Assembly (NCBI GenBank): GCA_964597445.1
Contig: CAZQXO010000002.1
Coordinates: 10,304 to 74,303 of the forward strand
DNA: 64,000 bases
Source: an uncultured Bifidobacteriaceae bacterium
GTDB lineage: Bacteria > Actinomycetota > Actinomycetes > S36-B12
Reading direction: 5' to 3'
Each line of letters begins with the position of its first letter. Position 1 is the first letter of the stretch. Below the pieces are notes generated by a model. That model was given only the letters and a program-made list of their open reading frames with translations. It had not been told where the DNA came from and made no database searches. Shown one piece after another: positions 1-9,755 of the stretch. The position numbers and the translations under genes were made by a program.

Positions 1-173
1 CTGGAGATCAGCAGGTCGGTGGCCACCTTCGACTCGGTATCGGGCAGGTCGAAGGAGTCGTTGAACGCGCCTCCGAGCTGGGTGCCCAGCCCCAGAAGGG
101 CGACCAGGGCCACGAACCACGAGATCAGGGCGAGCACGGGCCGGCGCACGGCCCAGGCGGACAGGACAGGCAT
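1..173 (-). CDS. MMPL-family (RND-type) membrane transporter, N-terminal fragment; gene continues past the left window edge
   Basis: Absent from the ORF track because it is truncated by the window edge. My reverse-strand translation from ATG (173-171) gives MPVLSAWAVRRPVLALISWFVALVALLGLGTQLGGAFNDSFDLPDTESKVATDLLIS. This is a short N-terminus, TM1 and the start of the first extracytoplasmic loop, as in MmpL-type proteins. A divergent TetR gene is the usual partner. Confidence 0.45.
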   Translation of the reverse strand, partial: MPVLSAWAVRRPVLALISWFVALVALLGLGTQLGGAFNDSFDLPDTESKVATDLLIS

Positions 174-240
174 GTGGCCTCTTCCGGGACGGGGGACATC
201 GAACGTCACTGCGTACGACTAGCGAACGCTACCGTCCCCT

Positions 241-266
241 CGGTGTCAAATCAGAGAACGACACCG
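241..266. promoter_or_regulatory. Inverted repeat CGGTGTC-N12-GACACCG in the MMPL/TetR divergent intergenic region; candidate TetR operator
   Basis: Read directly: cggtgtc (241-247) and gacaccg (260-266) are perfect reverse complements. They lie between divergent starts at 173 and 293. No functional evidence. Confidence 0.2.
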
Positions 267-292
267 TCCACTCCCACTGTTAGCCTGCGTCC

Positions 293-919
293 GTGCCTCC
301 CCCCGCCTCTCCCCTCGCGAGCGCCTCCGTGCGTCGTCGCGGTGCGGCGTTCCAGCAGGCGGTCAGGGCGGCGACCCTCGCGGAGATCGCCGAGAAGGGG
401 CTCCGGGGCGCCTCCATGGAGGGCATCGCGCGCCGCGCCGGAACGGGGAAGTCCTCGCTGTACCGACGCTGGGACGACGTGCGTGCGCTGGCGCTGGACG
501 TCTTCATCGACACGATGAAGGAGACCTTGCCCTCCCCCGAGGCCACCAGTGGAAGCCTGCGTCAGGACCTCCTCACCTCCATGACGACCTTGGCGCGCGA
601 ACTCGAGGGCGATCTCGGCGTCGTGCTCCGGGAGCTGATCTCCGAGGGTGCCCATGACCCGTCGCTCGTCGCTGAGTTCCAGACGCGCTTCGGTCTCCCC
701 AAGCAGGCCGAACTCGTCACCATGCTCCACCTGGCGATCACCCGCGGCGACATTCCTCCGCAGGCGATCGACCCCTACGTCGTGCAGCTTCCTGCCGCAC
801 TCGTGATGTACCGGCTCGTCCTGACCGGCTCCTGCCCGTCTGAGGAGGAGGTGGAGCACATCGTCGATCGGGTCGTCCTGCCTCTTCTGCTCCTGGGCGG
901 AACCGCTGCGCCGTCCTGA
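293..919 (+). CDS. TetR/AcrR family transcriptional regulator
   Basis: The N-terminal HTH signature AATLAEIAEKGLRGASMEGIARRAGTGKSSLYRRWDD is typical of TetR_N. It is ~200 aa long, has a GTG start at 293, and is divergent from the MMPL transporter. Confidence 0.85.
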   Translation: MPPPASPLASASVRRRGAAFQQAVRAATLAEIAEKGLRGASMEGIARRAGTGKSSLYRRWDDVRALALDVFIDTMKETLPSPEATSGSLRQDLLTSMTTLARELEGDLGVVLRELISEGAHDPSLVAEFQTRFGLPKQAELVTMLHLAITRGDIPPQAIDPYVVQLPAALVMYRLVLTGSCPSEEEVEHIVDRVVLPLLLLGGTAAPS

Positions 920-965
920 CACCCGACCAGCCCGCCAGCCGGCCGGCCGGCACGGGTGTCGGGTG
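920..965. terminator. GC-rich hairpin between convergent TetR and recX genes (candidate bidirectional terminator)
   Basis: cacccgac (920-927) pairs with gtcgggtg (958-965), with an internal palindromic gccggccggccggc. No U-tract, which is common in high-GC actinobacteria. Confidence 0.3.
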
Positions 966-968
966 GCC

Positions 969-1556
969 TCACCCCTCGGCGTCCTCGACGAGCGAGAACT
1001 CACCGACCCCCACATCAGTGTCGTCATCCCGCGCGTCGTCGCGCACCACGTCGCGCACCACGGCGTACGCCACCCCGGCGGAGTACCCCCGACGCTGGAG
1101 CATGCCCACGAGGCGACGAACCCGGGCCTCCGGCTCCAGCCGCGTCAGACTCCGCGCCTTGACCCGCACCAGCTGGACGGCCCGCTCGCGCTCGGCCTCC
1201 GCCGACACGGACGACACCGCCTCCTCAGCCAACTCCGGCGACACGCCCTTGCGCCGCAACTCCTGGCGGAGCACCGAGCGCGCGGCTCCGCGAGTGCGAT
1301 GCCGGGACTCCACCCAGAGGGACGCGAAGGCCGCGTCGTCGACGAGGCCCACCTCGACGAAACGATCGAGGACCCGGTCCGCCACGTCCGCGGGTATCCC
1401 CCTCGTCAGGAGATCGCCGCGAAGATCCGCACGCGTGCGAGGTGAAGCCGTCAGGCGCCGCAACAGGATCGTCCGAGCCACCTGCTCCGGATCAGCCTCT
1501 GGCTGTCGATCAGCGGGGGAACCCGGTGTCGGCTCCGAGGCGCGGGGCCGCGCCAC
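969..1556 (-). CDS. recX: RecX, regulator of RecA
   Basis: Lies immediately downstream of recA, with its GTG start sharing one nt with the recA TAG. Repeated three-helix-type segments (LLRRLTASPRTRADLRGDLLTRGIPADVADRVLDRFVEVGLVDDAAFA...RQELRRKGVSPELAEEAV) are typical of RecX. Confidence 0.85.
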   Translation of the reverse strand: MARPRASEPTPGSPADRQPEADPEQVARTILLRRLTASPRTRADLRGDLLTRGIPADVADRVLDRFVEVGLVDDAAFASLWVESRHRTRGAARSVLRQELRRKGVSPELAEEAVSSVSAEAERERAVQLVRVKARSLTRLEPEARVRRLVGMLQRRGYSAGVAYAVVRDVVRDDARDDDTDVGVGEFSLVEDAEG

Positions 1557-2605
1557 TAGTCGATCGGAGCCGGCGCAGGAGCCTCCTCAGCCGGTGCGTC
1601 GACCTGAGCTCCGATACCGAGGGACTCCTTGATCCGCTTCTCGATCTCATTGGCCAGATCCGGATTGTCCTTGAGGAAGGCGCGAGCGTTCTCCTTGCCC
1701 TGACCGAGCTGGTCGCCCTCGTAGGTGTACCAGGCACCGGACTTGCGGACGATGCCCGCGTCGACGCCGATATCGATCAGGGAGCCCTCGCGGGAGATTC
1801 CCTCCCCGTAGAGGATGTCGAACTCCGCCTGCTTGAACGGCGGGGCGACCTTGTTCTTGACGACCTTGATGCGCGTGCGGTTACCCACGGCCTCCGTGCC
1901 GCCCTTGAGGGTCTCGATACGACGGACGTCGAGGCGGACCGAGGAGTAGAACTTCAGCGCCTTGCCGCCCGTGGTCGTCTCGGGCGAGCCGAACATGACG
2001 CCGATCTTCTCGCGCAGCTGATTGATGAAGATGGCGGTTGTGCCGGTGTTCGACAGCGCGCCCGCCATCTTGCGCAGGGCCTGGCTCATGAGTCGAGCCT
2101 GCAGGCCCACATGGGAGTCGCCCATCTCGCCCTCGATCTCCGCCCGCGGCACGAGGGCCGCCACCGAGTCGATGACGATGAGGTCGATGGCACCCGAGCG
2201 CACGAGAGTGTCGGCGATCTCGAGGGCCTGCTCGCCCGTGTCCGGCTGCGAGACGTACAGGTTGTCGAGATCGACACCCAGGCGCTGCGCGTAGTCCGGA
2301 TCAAGAGCGTGCTCGGCGTCGATGAAGGCCGCCAGGCCGCCCTGCGCCTGGACATTGGCGATGGCGTGGAGCGCGACGGTCGTCTTGCCCGAGGACTCCG
2401 GGCCGTAGATCTCGACGATGCGCCCGCGCGGCAGGCCTCCGATCCCGAGGGCGATGTCGAGGGCGATGGATCCGGTCGGGATGACATCGATCGGTGCGCG
2501 CCCCTCGTCGCCGAGTCGCATGACCGACCCCTTGCCGAACTGACGCTCGATCTGGGCGAGGGCGGCGTCGAGGGCCTTCTCGCGGTCCTGGGCTGCGGTG
2601 GCCAT
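1556..2605 (-). CDS. recA: Recombinase RecA
   Basis: [33 protein letters not shown]...Walker [10 protein letters not shown]...; unmistakable RecA. I chose the internal ATG at 2605 (MATAAQ) because an AGGAG sits ~8 nt upstream; the ORF-track start at 2632 adds 9 non-conserved residues. Confidence 0.97.
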   Translation of the reverse strand: MATAAQDREKALDAALAQIERQFGKGSVMRLGDEGRAPIDVIPTGSIALDIALGIGGLPRGRIVEIYGPESSGKTTVALHAIANVQAQGGLAAFIDAEHALDPDYAQRLGVDLDNLYVSQPDTGEQALEIADTLVRSGAIDLIVIDSVAALVPRAEIEGEMGDSHVGLQARLMSQALRKMAGALSNTGTTAIFINQLREKIGVMFGSPETTTGGKALKFYSSVRLDVRRIETLKGGTEAVGNRTRIKVVKNKVAPPFKQAEFDILYGEGISREGSLIDIGVDAGIVRKSGAWYTYEGDQLGQGKENARAFLKDNPDLANEIEKRIKESLGIGAQVDAPAEEAPAPAPID

Positions 2606-2739
2606 GCTGGTCTCCTGTCGTCGGATGGACATCTCGCGGGTCGTGCACGGGGCACGCTAGGCCGGGGGCCTGACATCCCCGCCTCACCGAGGCGACCGGT
2701 GGAGGGCCGACGCGATGGGGCGACACCCGTGAAACTACA

Positions 2740-2755
2740 TCGAACGCATGTTCGA
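2740..2755. promoter_or_regulatory. LexA SOS box (TCGAAC-N4-GTTCGA) upstream of recA
   Basis: tcgaacgcatgttcga is read directly and matches perfectly the actinobacterial/Gram-positive LexA consensus palindrome. It lies 135-150 nt upstream of the recA ATG. On the recA strand a TAGTTT (-10-like, TANNNT) follows directly after the box. Confidence 0.8.
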
Positions 2756-2850
2756 ATGCATGCGACACGCCGGGGCGGACCCGACCACCCCCCAGCGACC
2801 GGGGTCGGTGGCGTCCTCGGGAGTGGGGAGGGCCCCCACCACCGTCGTCG

Positions 2851-3555
2851 TCATGCCGGATCCCCGTGCGCTCCGTGGTCGAGGCGGGTCCGCCAAGCGC
2901 CCAGCAGGGCATCGTCGTCGCGCGGCAGGCCCACCCGCTCCAGCTCCGACGCCAGGCGCATCGGATCCGTGGACCACTCCGCGTAGTCGAGGAGGGCGAC
3001 CCGATCCGGTCCGAACGCCTCGGCGAGATCCCCTGCCGCGCGCACGAGTCGGTCCTGCGTCGTCCGGAGGACCGACGGGGCGTCTCCGTGATCGGGCCAC
3101 CAGCCGCTCCGAGCCACCTCCTGCGGATCCCGCACGTTCACCAGGAAGACGATGCCGGGAAGCAGCAGATCGAGGAACAGCAGGTACTGGAGGAGCTCGT
3201 CGTAGTCGGGGAAGTGACCGGGCTCGTATCGCACCTCCTTGAAGCCGGTCCAGCGCGTGCCCCGTGGCGGCCGCAGGACCGTGGAGAGCAGATGCTCACG
3301 CAGGCTGCCGACGACGTCGTCGGGCTCCAGGCGAGCCGAGCCGAACCAGGGATGTGCGGGATTGCCGGCGTGATGCCGATCCGCCGTCTCGGCTATCGCC
3401 TGGACGTAGTCGTGGAGGCCGCGCACGGCCCCGTAGTTCTCGCCTCGGACCACGACACCCGGCAGCGCGTTGAGCATGGACTGCAGGGCCGTGCTGCCCG
3501 TGCGCCCGTACGTCACCACGGTCAGGTATCGCGCGTCCTCGCTCCCACGCCTCAT
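2851..3555 (-). CDS. Sulfotransferase family protein (PAPS-dependent type)
   Basis: The N-terminal YLTVVTYGRTGSTALQSML resembles the 5'-PSB P-loop-like motif of sulfotransferases. Size ~234 aa. I chose the ATG at 3555 because it forms an ATGA overlap with the DUF3046 stop (3552-3554). Confidence 0.65.
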   Translation of the reverse strand: MRRGSEDARYLTVVTYGRTGSTALQSMLNALPGVVVRGENYGAVRGLHDYVQAIAETADRHHAGNPAHPWFGSARLEPDDVVGSLREHLLSTVLRPPRGTRWTGFKEVRYEPGHFPDYDELLQYLLFLDLLLPGIVFLVNVRDPQEVARSGWWPDHGDAPSVLRTTQDRLVRAAGDLAEAFGPDRVALLDYAEWSTDPMRLASELERVGLPRDDDALLGAWRTRLDHGAHGDPA

Positions 3556-3761
3556 GCGAGGGTCCCCGGGACCTCGACCGTCGCACACACGGCGCGCCAG
3601 ACCTCACGGGTGTCGATACCCGCCGCGAGGGCATCCTCCACGGTGACGCCCAGGACCGGGAGCACGACGTCCCGAGACCAGGATCGCGCGTACTCGGACC
3701 CGAACACGAGGTCCATTCGCTCCCAGAAGTCCGTCAGCCGCACGTCGGCAGTCTGCCGCAT
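3552..3761 (-). CDS. DUF3046 domain protein (small conserved actinobacterial protein normally found upstream of recA)
   Basis: The 69-aa product MRQTADVRLTDFWERMDLVFGSEYARSWSRDVVLPVLGVTVEDALAAGIDTREVWRAVC matches my memory of DUF3046, and the recA-proximal position fits. Confidence 0.75.
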   Translation of the reverse strand: MRQTADVRLTDFWERMDLVFGSEYARSWSRDVVLPVLGVTVEDALAAGIDTREVWRAVCATVEVPGTLA

Positions 3762-3781
3762 CGCCCGCGCTGACCGCGGCG

Positions 3782-4045
3782 TCAGACGGAGGTGAGGGTT
3801 CGGGGCGTCGACTCCGCCTCGGCCACCTGGCTGCTCACCGACGCCAGCACGTCGGACAGCGAGACCTCCAGCGCGTCGCAGATGGCCGCGAGCAACTCGC
3901 TCGACGCCTCCTTCTGCCCCCGCTCCACCTCGGAGAGGTACCCGAGGGAGACGGCTGCGGCTCCGGAGACGTCTCGAAGGGTGCGTCCCTGATCCTGACG
4001 GCGACGACGAAGTTCGTCACCGATGACCTGACGCAGGACGATCAT
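3782..4045 (-). CDS. clgR: XRE-family helix-turn-helix regulator, ClgR-like
   Basis: [63 protein letters not shown] is a Cro/C1-type HTH. The order ftsK-HTH-rimO-pgsA-cinA-clgR matches the Streptomyces/Corynebacterium arrangement. I chose the internal ATG (4045) because the upstream extension is Arg/Pro-rich. Confidence 0.7.
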   Translation of the reverse strand: MIVLRQVIGDELRRRRQDQGRTLRDVSGAAAVSLGYLSEVERGQKEASSELLAAICDALEVSLSDVLASVSSQVAEAESTPRTLTSV

Positions 4046-4176
4046 GTCGCCTCCTCTCCGCAACCGTGGGCCTTCAGGGTACCTCGCAGGTGGGCAGGGT
4101 GCCCCTCGGTCCGGCCGGGCATCGTGCCTCATGAGCCGCAACACGGGGTCCCCGGCCGGTATTCCGGGATCCAGGA

Positions 4177-4668
4177 TCAGGCGAGCTGTCGGAGCAGGAG
4201 GTTCAGGCTCGCCGACACCGTTCCCCGTCGGATCGAGTCTCGATCGCCCGTCAGGTCATGATGCGCACTGACGACCCCGGACGGAGTCGCGACGGCGATC
4301 CAGACGGAGCCGACCGGCTCCCCGGCGTGGGCGTCGGGCCCCGCAACACCCGTCGTGGCCAGGGCGACATCGGCCCCCAGGAGCGCACGTGCGCCTCGGG
4401 CCATCTCCTCCGCGACCTGCTGTCGCACGACACCCGCGTCGACCTCGGCGCGGGGCACGCCGAGGACGATGGTCTTGACGTCAGGCTGGTAGGCGATGAC
4501 ACCTCCTCGCAGCACGTCCGAGCATCCCGGCACCTCCGCCAGGGTCGAACCCAGGAGCCCCGCCGTCAGGGACTCCGCCGTCGCGACCGTCCATCCCCGC
4601 AGGCGCAGCAGGTCGATCGCTCGCCGTGCGGCGTCCTCCACCTCCACGACAGCCAGGTCAGGTGACAC
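4177..4668 (-). CDS. cinA: CinA-family nicotinamide-nucleotide amidohydrolase (PncC domain only)
   Basis: [34 protein letters not shown] is the CinA C-terminal-domain signature; ~160 aa. Confidence 0.85.
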   Translation of the reverse strand: MSPDLAVVEVEDAARRAIDLLRLRGWTVATAESLTAGLLGSTLAEVPGCSDVLRGGVIAYQPDVKTIVLGVPRAEVDAGVVRQQVAEEMARGARALLGADVALATTGVAGPDAHAGEPVGSVWIAVATPSGVVSAHHDLTGDRDSIRRGTVSASLNLLLRQLA

Positions 4669-5263
4669 TCACGGCCTCCCGTCGCAGTCGCCAGGCCCGA
4701 ACGGCGTAGTCGATGCCGGTGGCGACCGTCAGGACAACAGCGGCACCCATCACGACCGAGCGCGTGACATCCCACCAGGCCCAAGGAACATCGGCCAAGT
4801 ACATCGCGATGGCGATCGTCTGGACCAGCGTCTTCGCCTTGCCACCGCGACTGGCCGGGATGACGCCGTGCTCGAGCACCCAGAACCGCAGCACGGTCAC
4901 GCCCACCTCGCGGACGAGGATGACGACCGTCACCCACCACGGCAGTTGGCCGAGGAGCGAGAGACCGATGAGCGCGACGCCCGTCAGCGCCTTGTCGGCG
5001 ATCGGATCGGCGACCTTGCCGAAGGTGGTGACGAGGCCGTAGCGCCGCGCTATCGCCCCGTCCGCCAGGTCGGTCACTGCCGCCAGCACGAACAGGAGTG
5101 CCGCAGCATCGCGGGCCGCCTCATTCCCGTCGGCCGACCTCCACAGCAGCCACGCGATGACGGGGACGAGCAGGACGCGCAGGACCGTCAGGGCATTCGG
5201 CAGGTTGACGATCCTGGTGCTGGTGGCAGGCGCCCCCGCCGGGTCCGGAACCGGAGGCCTCAC
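4658..5263 (-). CDS. pgsA: CDP-diacylglycerol--glycerol-3-phosphate 3-phosphatidyltransferase
   Basis: CDP-alcohol phosphatidyltransferase motif D(L)ADGAIARR...G...D..ADK ([28 protein letters not shown]) in a polytopic membrane protein. GTGA overlap with the rimO stop. Confidence 0.9.
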   Translation of the reverse strand: MRPPVPDPAGAPATSTRIVNLPNALTVLRVLLVPVIAWLLWRSADGNEAARDAAALLFVLAAVTDLADGAIARRYGLVTTFGKVADPIADKALTGVALIGLSLLGQLPWWVTVVILVREVGVTVLRFWVLEHGVIPASRGGKAKTLVQTIAIAMYLADVPWAWWDVTRSVVMGAAVVLTVATGIDYAVRAWRLRREAVSVT

Positions 5264-6741
5264 GACCGGACCGCCTCCGCATCCGCCACGCGTTCCGCGA
5301 CGAGGTCGACGCCCTCGGTGTCCACGACAACAGCGGCCACGAGGGATCCCACCGCAAGGGTGTCGACGTCACCCACGAGGACCGTCGACCCGTCGTCGGG
5401 GCCCTGGTGACCGGCCCGGCCCACCGCGACACGCGCGCCGGAGTCGTCCGACTCGATCGACTCCACGAGAACGTGGACCGACTCCCCCACGCGCTCCTCG
5501 GCCCGCTGTGCCATGAGCTCCTCCACCAACCCGGTCACCGTCTCCACCCGCTCGGCGATCACCGACTCGGAGAGCTTGCCCGGGAGCGTGGCCGCCTCCG
5601 TGCCTTCCTCATCGCTGTAGCCGAAGACGCCCACCGCGTCGAGGTGCGCCTCCTCGAGGAAGCCGACCAGATCCGCGAACTCCTCATCCGTCTCCCCGGG
5701 AAAGCCCACGATGACGTTGCTGCGGATTCCCGCCGTCGGGGCGAGATGGCGGATCTGCGCGATCAGGTCGAGGAACTCGGAGCGGCCGCCGAACCGGCGC
5801 ATGCGCCGCAGGAGCGTGGGACTCGCGTGCTGGAACGACAGGTCGAAGTAGTCAGCGACACGCGCCTCGCGGGCCATCACCTCGAGGAGACCCGGTCGCA
5901 CCTCGGCCGGCTGCAGATAGGCGACGCGCACCCGCTCCATGCCGGTCGCCTCCACCTGCGCCAGCAGACCTTCGAGGAGTCGGATGTCCCCGAGGTCCTT
6001 TCCGTAGGACGTCGAGTTCTCACTCACGAGAACCACCTCGCTGACTCCCTCGGACGCGAGCCAGCGCATCTCGGCGAGGACGTCCTGAGGGGGCCGTGAC
6101 ACGAAGGACCCGCGGAACGTGGGAATCGCGCAGAAGGAGCAGCGTCGGTCGCAGCCGGACGCCAGCTTCACCGGCGCGACGGGGCTGCCGTCGAGGCGCC
6201 GCCTCAGGACGGGAGGGGACCATCCCACTGATGCCTCGAGCGGTGAGACCTCCTGCCGCTGACCATGGCCGGGGATGCCGCTTGCGGCCGCCGGACGCTC
6301 CACGGGCGTGAGCGGAAGCAGGGTGCGGCGATCCCGCGGCGCGTGCGCCTGGACCGAGTCGCCCGCGAGGACGCTCCGCAATCGGGCATCGATGTCGCCG
6401 TAGGAGTCGAATCCCAGTACCGCATCGGCCTCCGGCAGACTGGCGGCGAGATCGCGTCCGTACCGCTCGGCCAGGCAGCCCACCGCGACCACGGACGTGG
6501 GCCCACCACCCTCACCCTTCAGCTCGGCTGCTGCGAGGATGGTGTCGATCGAGTCCTTCTTCGCGACGTCGACGAACCCGCATGTGTTGACGAGGACAGT
6601 GTCGGCGTCATCCGGCTCGTCGACGATCAGCCATCCCGCCTCCGTCAGGCGACCCGCGAGCTCCTCGGAGTCCACCTCGTTGCGGGCACAGCCCAGGGTG
6701 ACGAATGCGACCTTGGGCGGGTTCGGAGCATCGGTCACCAC
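5260..6741 (-). CDS. rimO: Ribosomal protein S12 methylthiotransferase RimO
   Basis: MTTase N-domain ([16 protein letters not shown]), radical-SAM CDRRCSFC cluster and a C-terminal TRAM-like domain; conserved position next to pgsA. Confidence 0.92.
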   Translation of the reverse strand: MVTDAPNPPKVAFVTLGCARNEVDSEELAGRLTEAGWLIVDEPDDADTVLVNTCGFVDVAKKDSIDTILAAAELKGEGGGPTSVVAVGCLAERYGRDLAASLPEADAVLGFDSYGDIDARLRSVLAGDSVQAHAPRDRRTLLPLTPVERPAAASGIPGHGQRQEVSPLEASVGWSPPVLRRRLDGSPVAPVKLASGCDRRCSFCAIPTFRGSFVSRPPQDVLAEMRWLASEGVSEVVLVSENSTSYGKDLGDIRLLEGLLAQVEATGMERVRVAYLQPAEVRPGLLEVMAREARVADYFDLSFQHASPTLLRRMRRFGGRSEFLDLIAQIRHLAPTAGIRSNVIVGFPGETDEEFADLVGFLEEAHLDAVGVFGYSDEEGTEAATLPGKLSESVIAERVETVTGLVEELMAQRAEERVGESVHVLVESIESDDSGARVAVGRAGHQGPDDGSTVLVGDVDTLAVGSLVAAVVVDTEGVDLVAERVADAEAVRS

Positions 6742-6786
6742 ACCAGCCTACGGAGTGGGCCGAACCACGACCCGAGGGCCTTAGTG

Positions 6787-7098
6787 CTAGGCGCTGCGCT
6801 CGTAGGCGAGCACGAGCTCCTCAGGATCCAGGCCGATGACGGCGGCGATGGAACGAAGCTGACCGCGGGCATAGACATCGCCGCCGCAGTGGGAGAAATC
6901 GTCCTGCTCCATGGCCGCCAGGATCGATGCCCGAACCTTGGTGGCACTCGCGACGTCGTCCAGGGTCATGCCCGCCGACTCCCGGGCCGCGTGCATCATC
7001 GCACCAGCCGACATCGCCACCTCCCGGGCTCGCCCCGCCTCCGATGCTACGGCCATTGGGCGAGGAGCGCTGTCCAAGTTGATACCGGACTCGCCCAC
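6787..7098 (-). CDS. Small helix-turn-helix domain protein (RodZ-N-like)
   Basis: AARESAGMTLDDVASATKVRASILAAMEQDDFSHCGGDVYARGQLRSIA resembles the HTH_25/RodZ N-terminal domain. It sits in the conserved slot between ftsK and rimO. The start codon is uncertain because there are several in-frame Met codons. Confidence 0.6.
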   Translation of the reverse strand: MGESGINLDSAPRPMAVASEAGRAREVAMSAGAMMHAARESAGMTLDDVASATKVRASILAAMEQDDFSHCGGDVYARGQLRSIAAVIGLDPEELVLAYERSA

Positions 7099-7133
7099 GT
7101 CCCCCGAACTCAGGAGGCCGAGGCGTGGCCGTT

Positions 7134-9680
7134 CTACTCCCCGCCCCCGCGCAGCGTCAGGATCAGGCCGGGGAGGTCGTCTGCCGTCACGAGCACCTCG
7201 CGTGCCTTGCTGCCCTCGCTGGGACCCACGACGCCGCGGCTCTCCATGAGGTCCATGAGTCGACCGGCCTTCGCGAACCCCACCCGGAGCTTGCGCTGCA
7301 GCATGGAGGTCGATCCGAACTGGGTCGACACGACGAGCTCGACGGCCTGGAGGAGCAGATCGAGGTCATCCCCGATCTCCTCGTCGATCTCCTTCGACGA
7401 GGAGGGTGCCGCCACGACCTCCTCCAGGTACTCAGCCTCACCCTGCTGGCGGCAGTGGGCGACCACGGCAGCGATCTCGGACTCGGACACGTACGCGCCC
7501 TGGATCCGCAGCGGCTTATTGGCACCCATCGGGAGGAAGAGCCCGTCCCCCTGCCCCACGAGCTTCTCCGCCCCGGGCTGGTCGAGGATGACCCGACTGT
7601 CGGCCAGGCTCGATGTGGCGAACGCGAGCCGACTCGGCACGTTGGCCTTGATCAGTCCGGTCACGACATCGACGCTCGGACGCTGGGTGGCCAGCACCAG
7701 GTGGATGCCAGCGGCGCGGGCCAGCTGCGTGATGCGGACGATGGCATCCTCGACATCACGAGGGGCCACCATCATGAGGTCCGCAAGCTCATCGACGATC
7801 ACGAGCAGGTAGGGATAGGGCTCGACGACGCGCTCGCTGCCCGGGAGCGGCGTGACCTTGCCACTTCGCACGGCCTTGTTGAACTCATCGATGTGCCGGA
7901 AGCCGAAATGCGCGAGGTCGTCGTACCGGCGATCCATCTCCTTGACGACCCACTGGAGGGCATCCGCTGCCTTCTTGGGGTTCGTGATGATCGGCGTGAT
8001 CAGGTGGGGTACCCCCTCGTACGCCGACAGCTCCACCCGCTTGGGATCGACGAGGATCATGCGCACCTCGTCGGGTGTCGCCCGGATGAGGATGCTCGTG
8101 ATGAGACTGTTGATGCAGCTGGACTTGCCAGCCCCCGTGGCACCCGCGACGAGCACGTGCGGCATGCGCGCGAGGTTGGCGATGACGAATCCGCCCTCGA
8201 CGTCCTTGCCCAGGGCAACGGCCATGGGGTGCTGATCGCTCGTGGCCGTGCTGCTGCGCAGGACGTCGCCCAGCGCAACAAGCTCGCGATCGGCGTTCGG
8301 GATCTCGACACCGATGGCCTTCTTGCCCGGAATCGGACTCAGAATGCGGACATCAGCACTCGCGACGGCGTAGGCGATGTTCTTGGACAGCGCCGTGACC
8401 CGCTCCACCTTGACGCTCGGACCCAGCTCGATCTCGTACCGCGTCACCGTGGGACCCCGCATGAAGCCGGTGACCTCGGCGTCGATGCCGAACTGCTCCA
8501 GCACCTCCGTCAGCGCCGCGACGACCTGGTCGTTCGAGCGGGTCGCCTTGCGATGAGCCGGTCCGGACGACAGAAGGTCCTTCTTGGGCAGTCGGTAGGC
8601 CGTGCGACGCGGGGCTCGGCGAGCGGGCGACGCCGACGGACTCTCGGCCGACACGATGACCGTGTCCTGCCGTGCAGGATGGCCCTGGGGCTCGACCGTC
8701 TCCTCCTCGCGGGGGGTCACGCCCGACATCAGCACCGCGGCGGGGCGCTCCTCGTCCTCGAGGATCACTGTGTGGTGCTCGACGAACACGGGCTCGCCCA
8801 TCTCGTCATCCTCGGCACCCGCAGGGGCCCCGAAGGGCTGCTCCCACGGTGCCTGCAGCCGCTCGCGTCCGTCCTCCTCGACGTCATCCCCCGCGGAGGT
8901 CGCCTCCTGCAACGTGCGGCCGTGGCCACGACGCAGGAGGCGACCCATCCACCGGAGGGACGTGACGATGCGCTCGCGCACCGTCTGGACGGGTGTGGCG
9001 GTCAGCACCATGAGACCGAAGGCGATAAGGACGACCAGACCAAGCGCTGCCACGATCGGGCCGACGGCCGAGACCACGGGCGCCGTGGCCAGCCAGCCGA
9101 CCACGCCGCCACCGGATGACATGGCCTCGGCGCCATCGCTCGGCGTGGCCGCCCCCATGACCAAGTGCCACAGGCCGATCACGCCGACGAGCACCGAGGC
9201 GGCACCGATGGCCAGACGCCCCGTCGTGGCGTTCTGGTCCGGGTGTCGCAGGAAGCGCCACGCCAGCCCGAGGCAGAGCAGCGGGGCGAGCCACGCCAGG
9301 GATCCGACGATGGCCGTGACCACCATGTCGGCCCACGCGAGGAACCAGCCGTCCACGCCGAACCAGGTGGCGGCCACCAGCGCGGCGGCCACCACGATCA
9401 GGGTCAGGCCGAGGCCATCGCGCCGGTGCGCCGGATCGAGATCCCGAGCGCCCCGGCCGAAGGCCCGAGCGCCCGAGCCCAGCAGGTGCGCGAGCGCCAG
9501 CCAGGCCTGCCGCAGCCCCCGGCCGAGCGCGGACACCCCGCGCACGAGAGGCCCCGGACCCGACGACCGGCTCCGGGACGACGAGGAACGCCCGGAAGGG
9601 CGCGTGCTCGCTCGGGATGACGCCGACCGCCGGGCGGCGGGTCGCTTGGGGCGCGCGGGGGCAGACGTGCGGGAAGCCAT
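7134..9680 (-). CDS. ftsK: DNA translocase FtsK
   Basis: N-terminal polytopic membrane domain, Pro/Ala-rich linker, motor domain with Walker A GATGAGKSS, and a C-terminal gamma wHTH (LLLQAVELVVSTQFGSTSMLQRKLRVGFAKAGRLMDLME). Confidence 0.95.
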   Translation of the reverse strand: MASRTSAPARPKRPAARRSASSRASTRPSGRSSSSRSRSSGPGPLVRGVSALGRGLRQAWLALAHLLGSGARAFGRGARDLDPAHRRDGLGLTLIVVAAALVAATWFGVDGWFLAWADMVVTAIVGSLAWLAPLLCLGLAWRFLRHPDQNATTGRLAIGAASVLVGVIGLWHLVMGAATPSDGAEAMSSGGGVVGWLATAPVVSAVGPIVAALGLVVLIAFGLMVLTATPVQTVRERIVTSLRWMGRLLRRGHGRTLQEATSAGDDVEEDGRERLQAPWEQPFGAPAGAEDDEMGEPVFVEHHTVILEDEERPAAVLMSGVTPREEETVEPQGHPARQDTVIVSAESPSASPARRAPRRTAYRLPKKDLLSSGPAHRKATRSNDQVVAALTEVLEQFGIDAEVTGFMRGPTVTRYEIELGPSVKVERVTALSKNIAYAVASADVRILSPIPGKKAIGVEIPNADRELVALGDVLRSSTATSDQHPMAVALGKDVEGGFVIANLARMPHVLVAGATGAGKSSCINSLITSILIRATPDEVRMILVDPKRVELSAYEGVPHLITPIITNPKKAADALQWVVKEMDRRYDDLAHFGFRHIDEFNKAVRSGKVTPLPGSERVVEPYPYLLVIVDELADLMMVAPRDVEDAIVRITQLARAAGIHLVLATQRPSVDVVTGLIKANVPSRLAFATSSLADSRVILDQPGAEKLVGQGDGLFLPMGANKPLRIQGAYVSESEIAAVVAHCRQQGEAEYLEEVVAAPSSSKEIDEEIGDDLDLLLQAVELVVSTQFGSTSMLQRKLRVGFAKAGRLMDLMESRGVVGPSEGSKAREVLVTADDLPGLILTLRGGGE

Positions 9681-9755
9681 GGGGCGACACTAGCGGGGAA
9701 ATCCCACGTGTCACGGTAGTCACACGCGCCTCAGGGGACCCGCGTGTCCCCGAGG

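Noticed and set aside
7125-9119. 664-aa plus-strand ORF opposite ftsK, and similar long antisense ORFs opposite recA (1442-2986), pnp (22081-23343), hydA (55986-57476), the LLM gene (59008-60135) and the polyamine genes
   Set aside because: All lie opposite genes with strong family signatures and have Arg/His/Asp/Gly-rich repetitive translations with no recognisable domains. I treat them as high-GC shadow ORFs.
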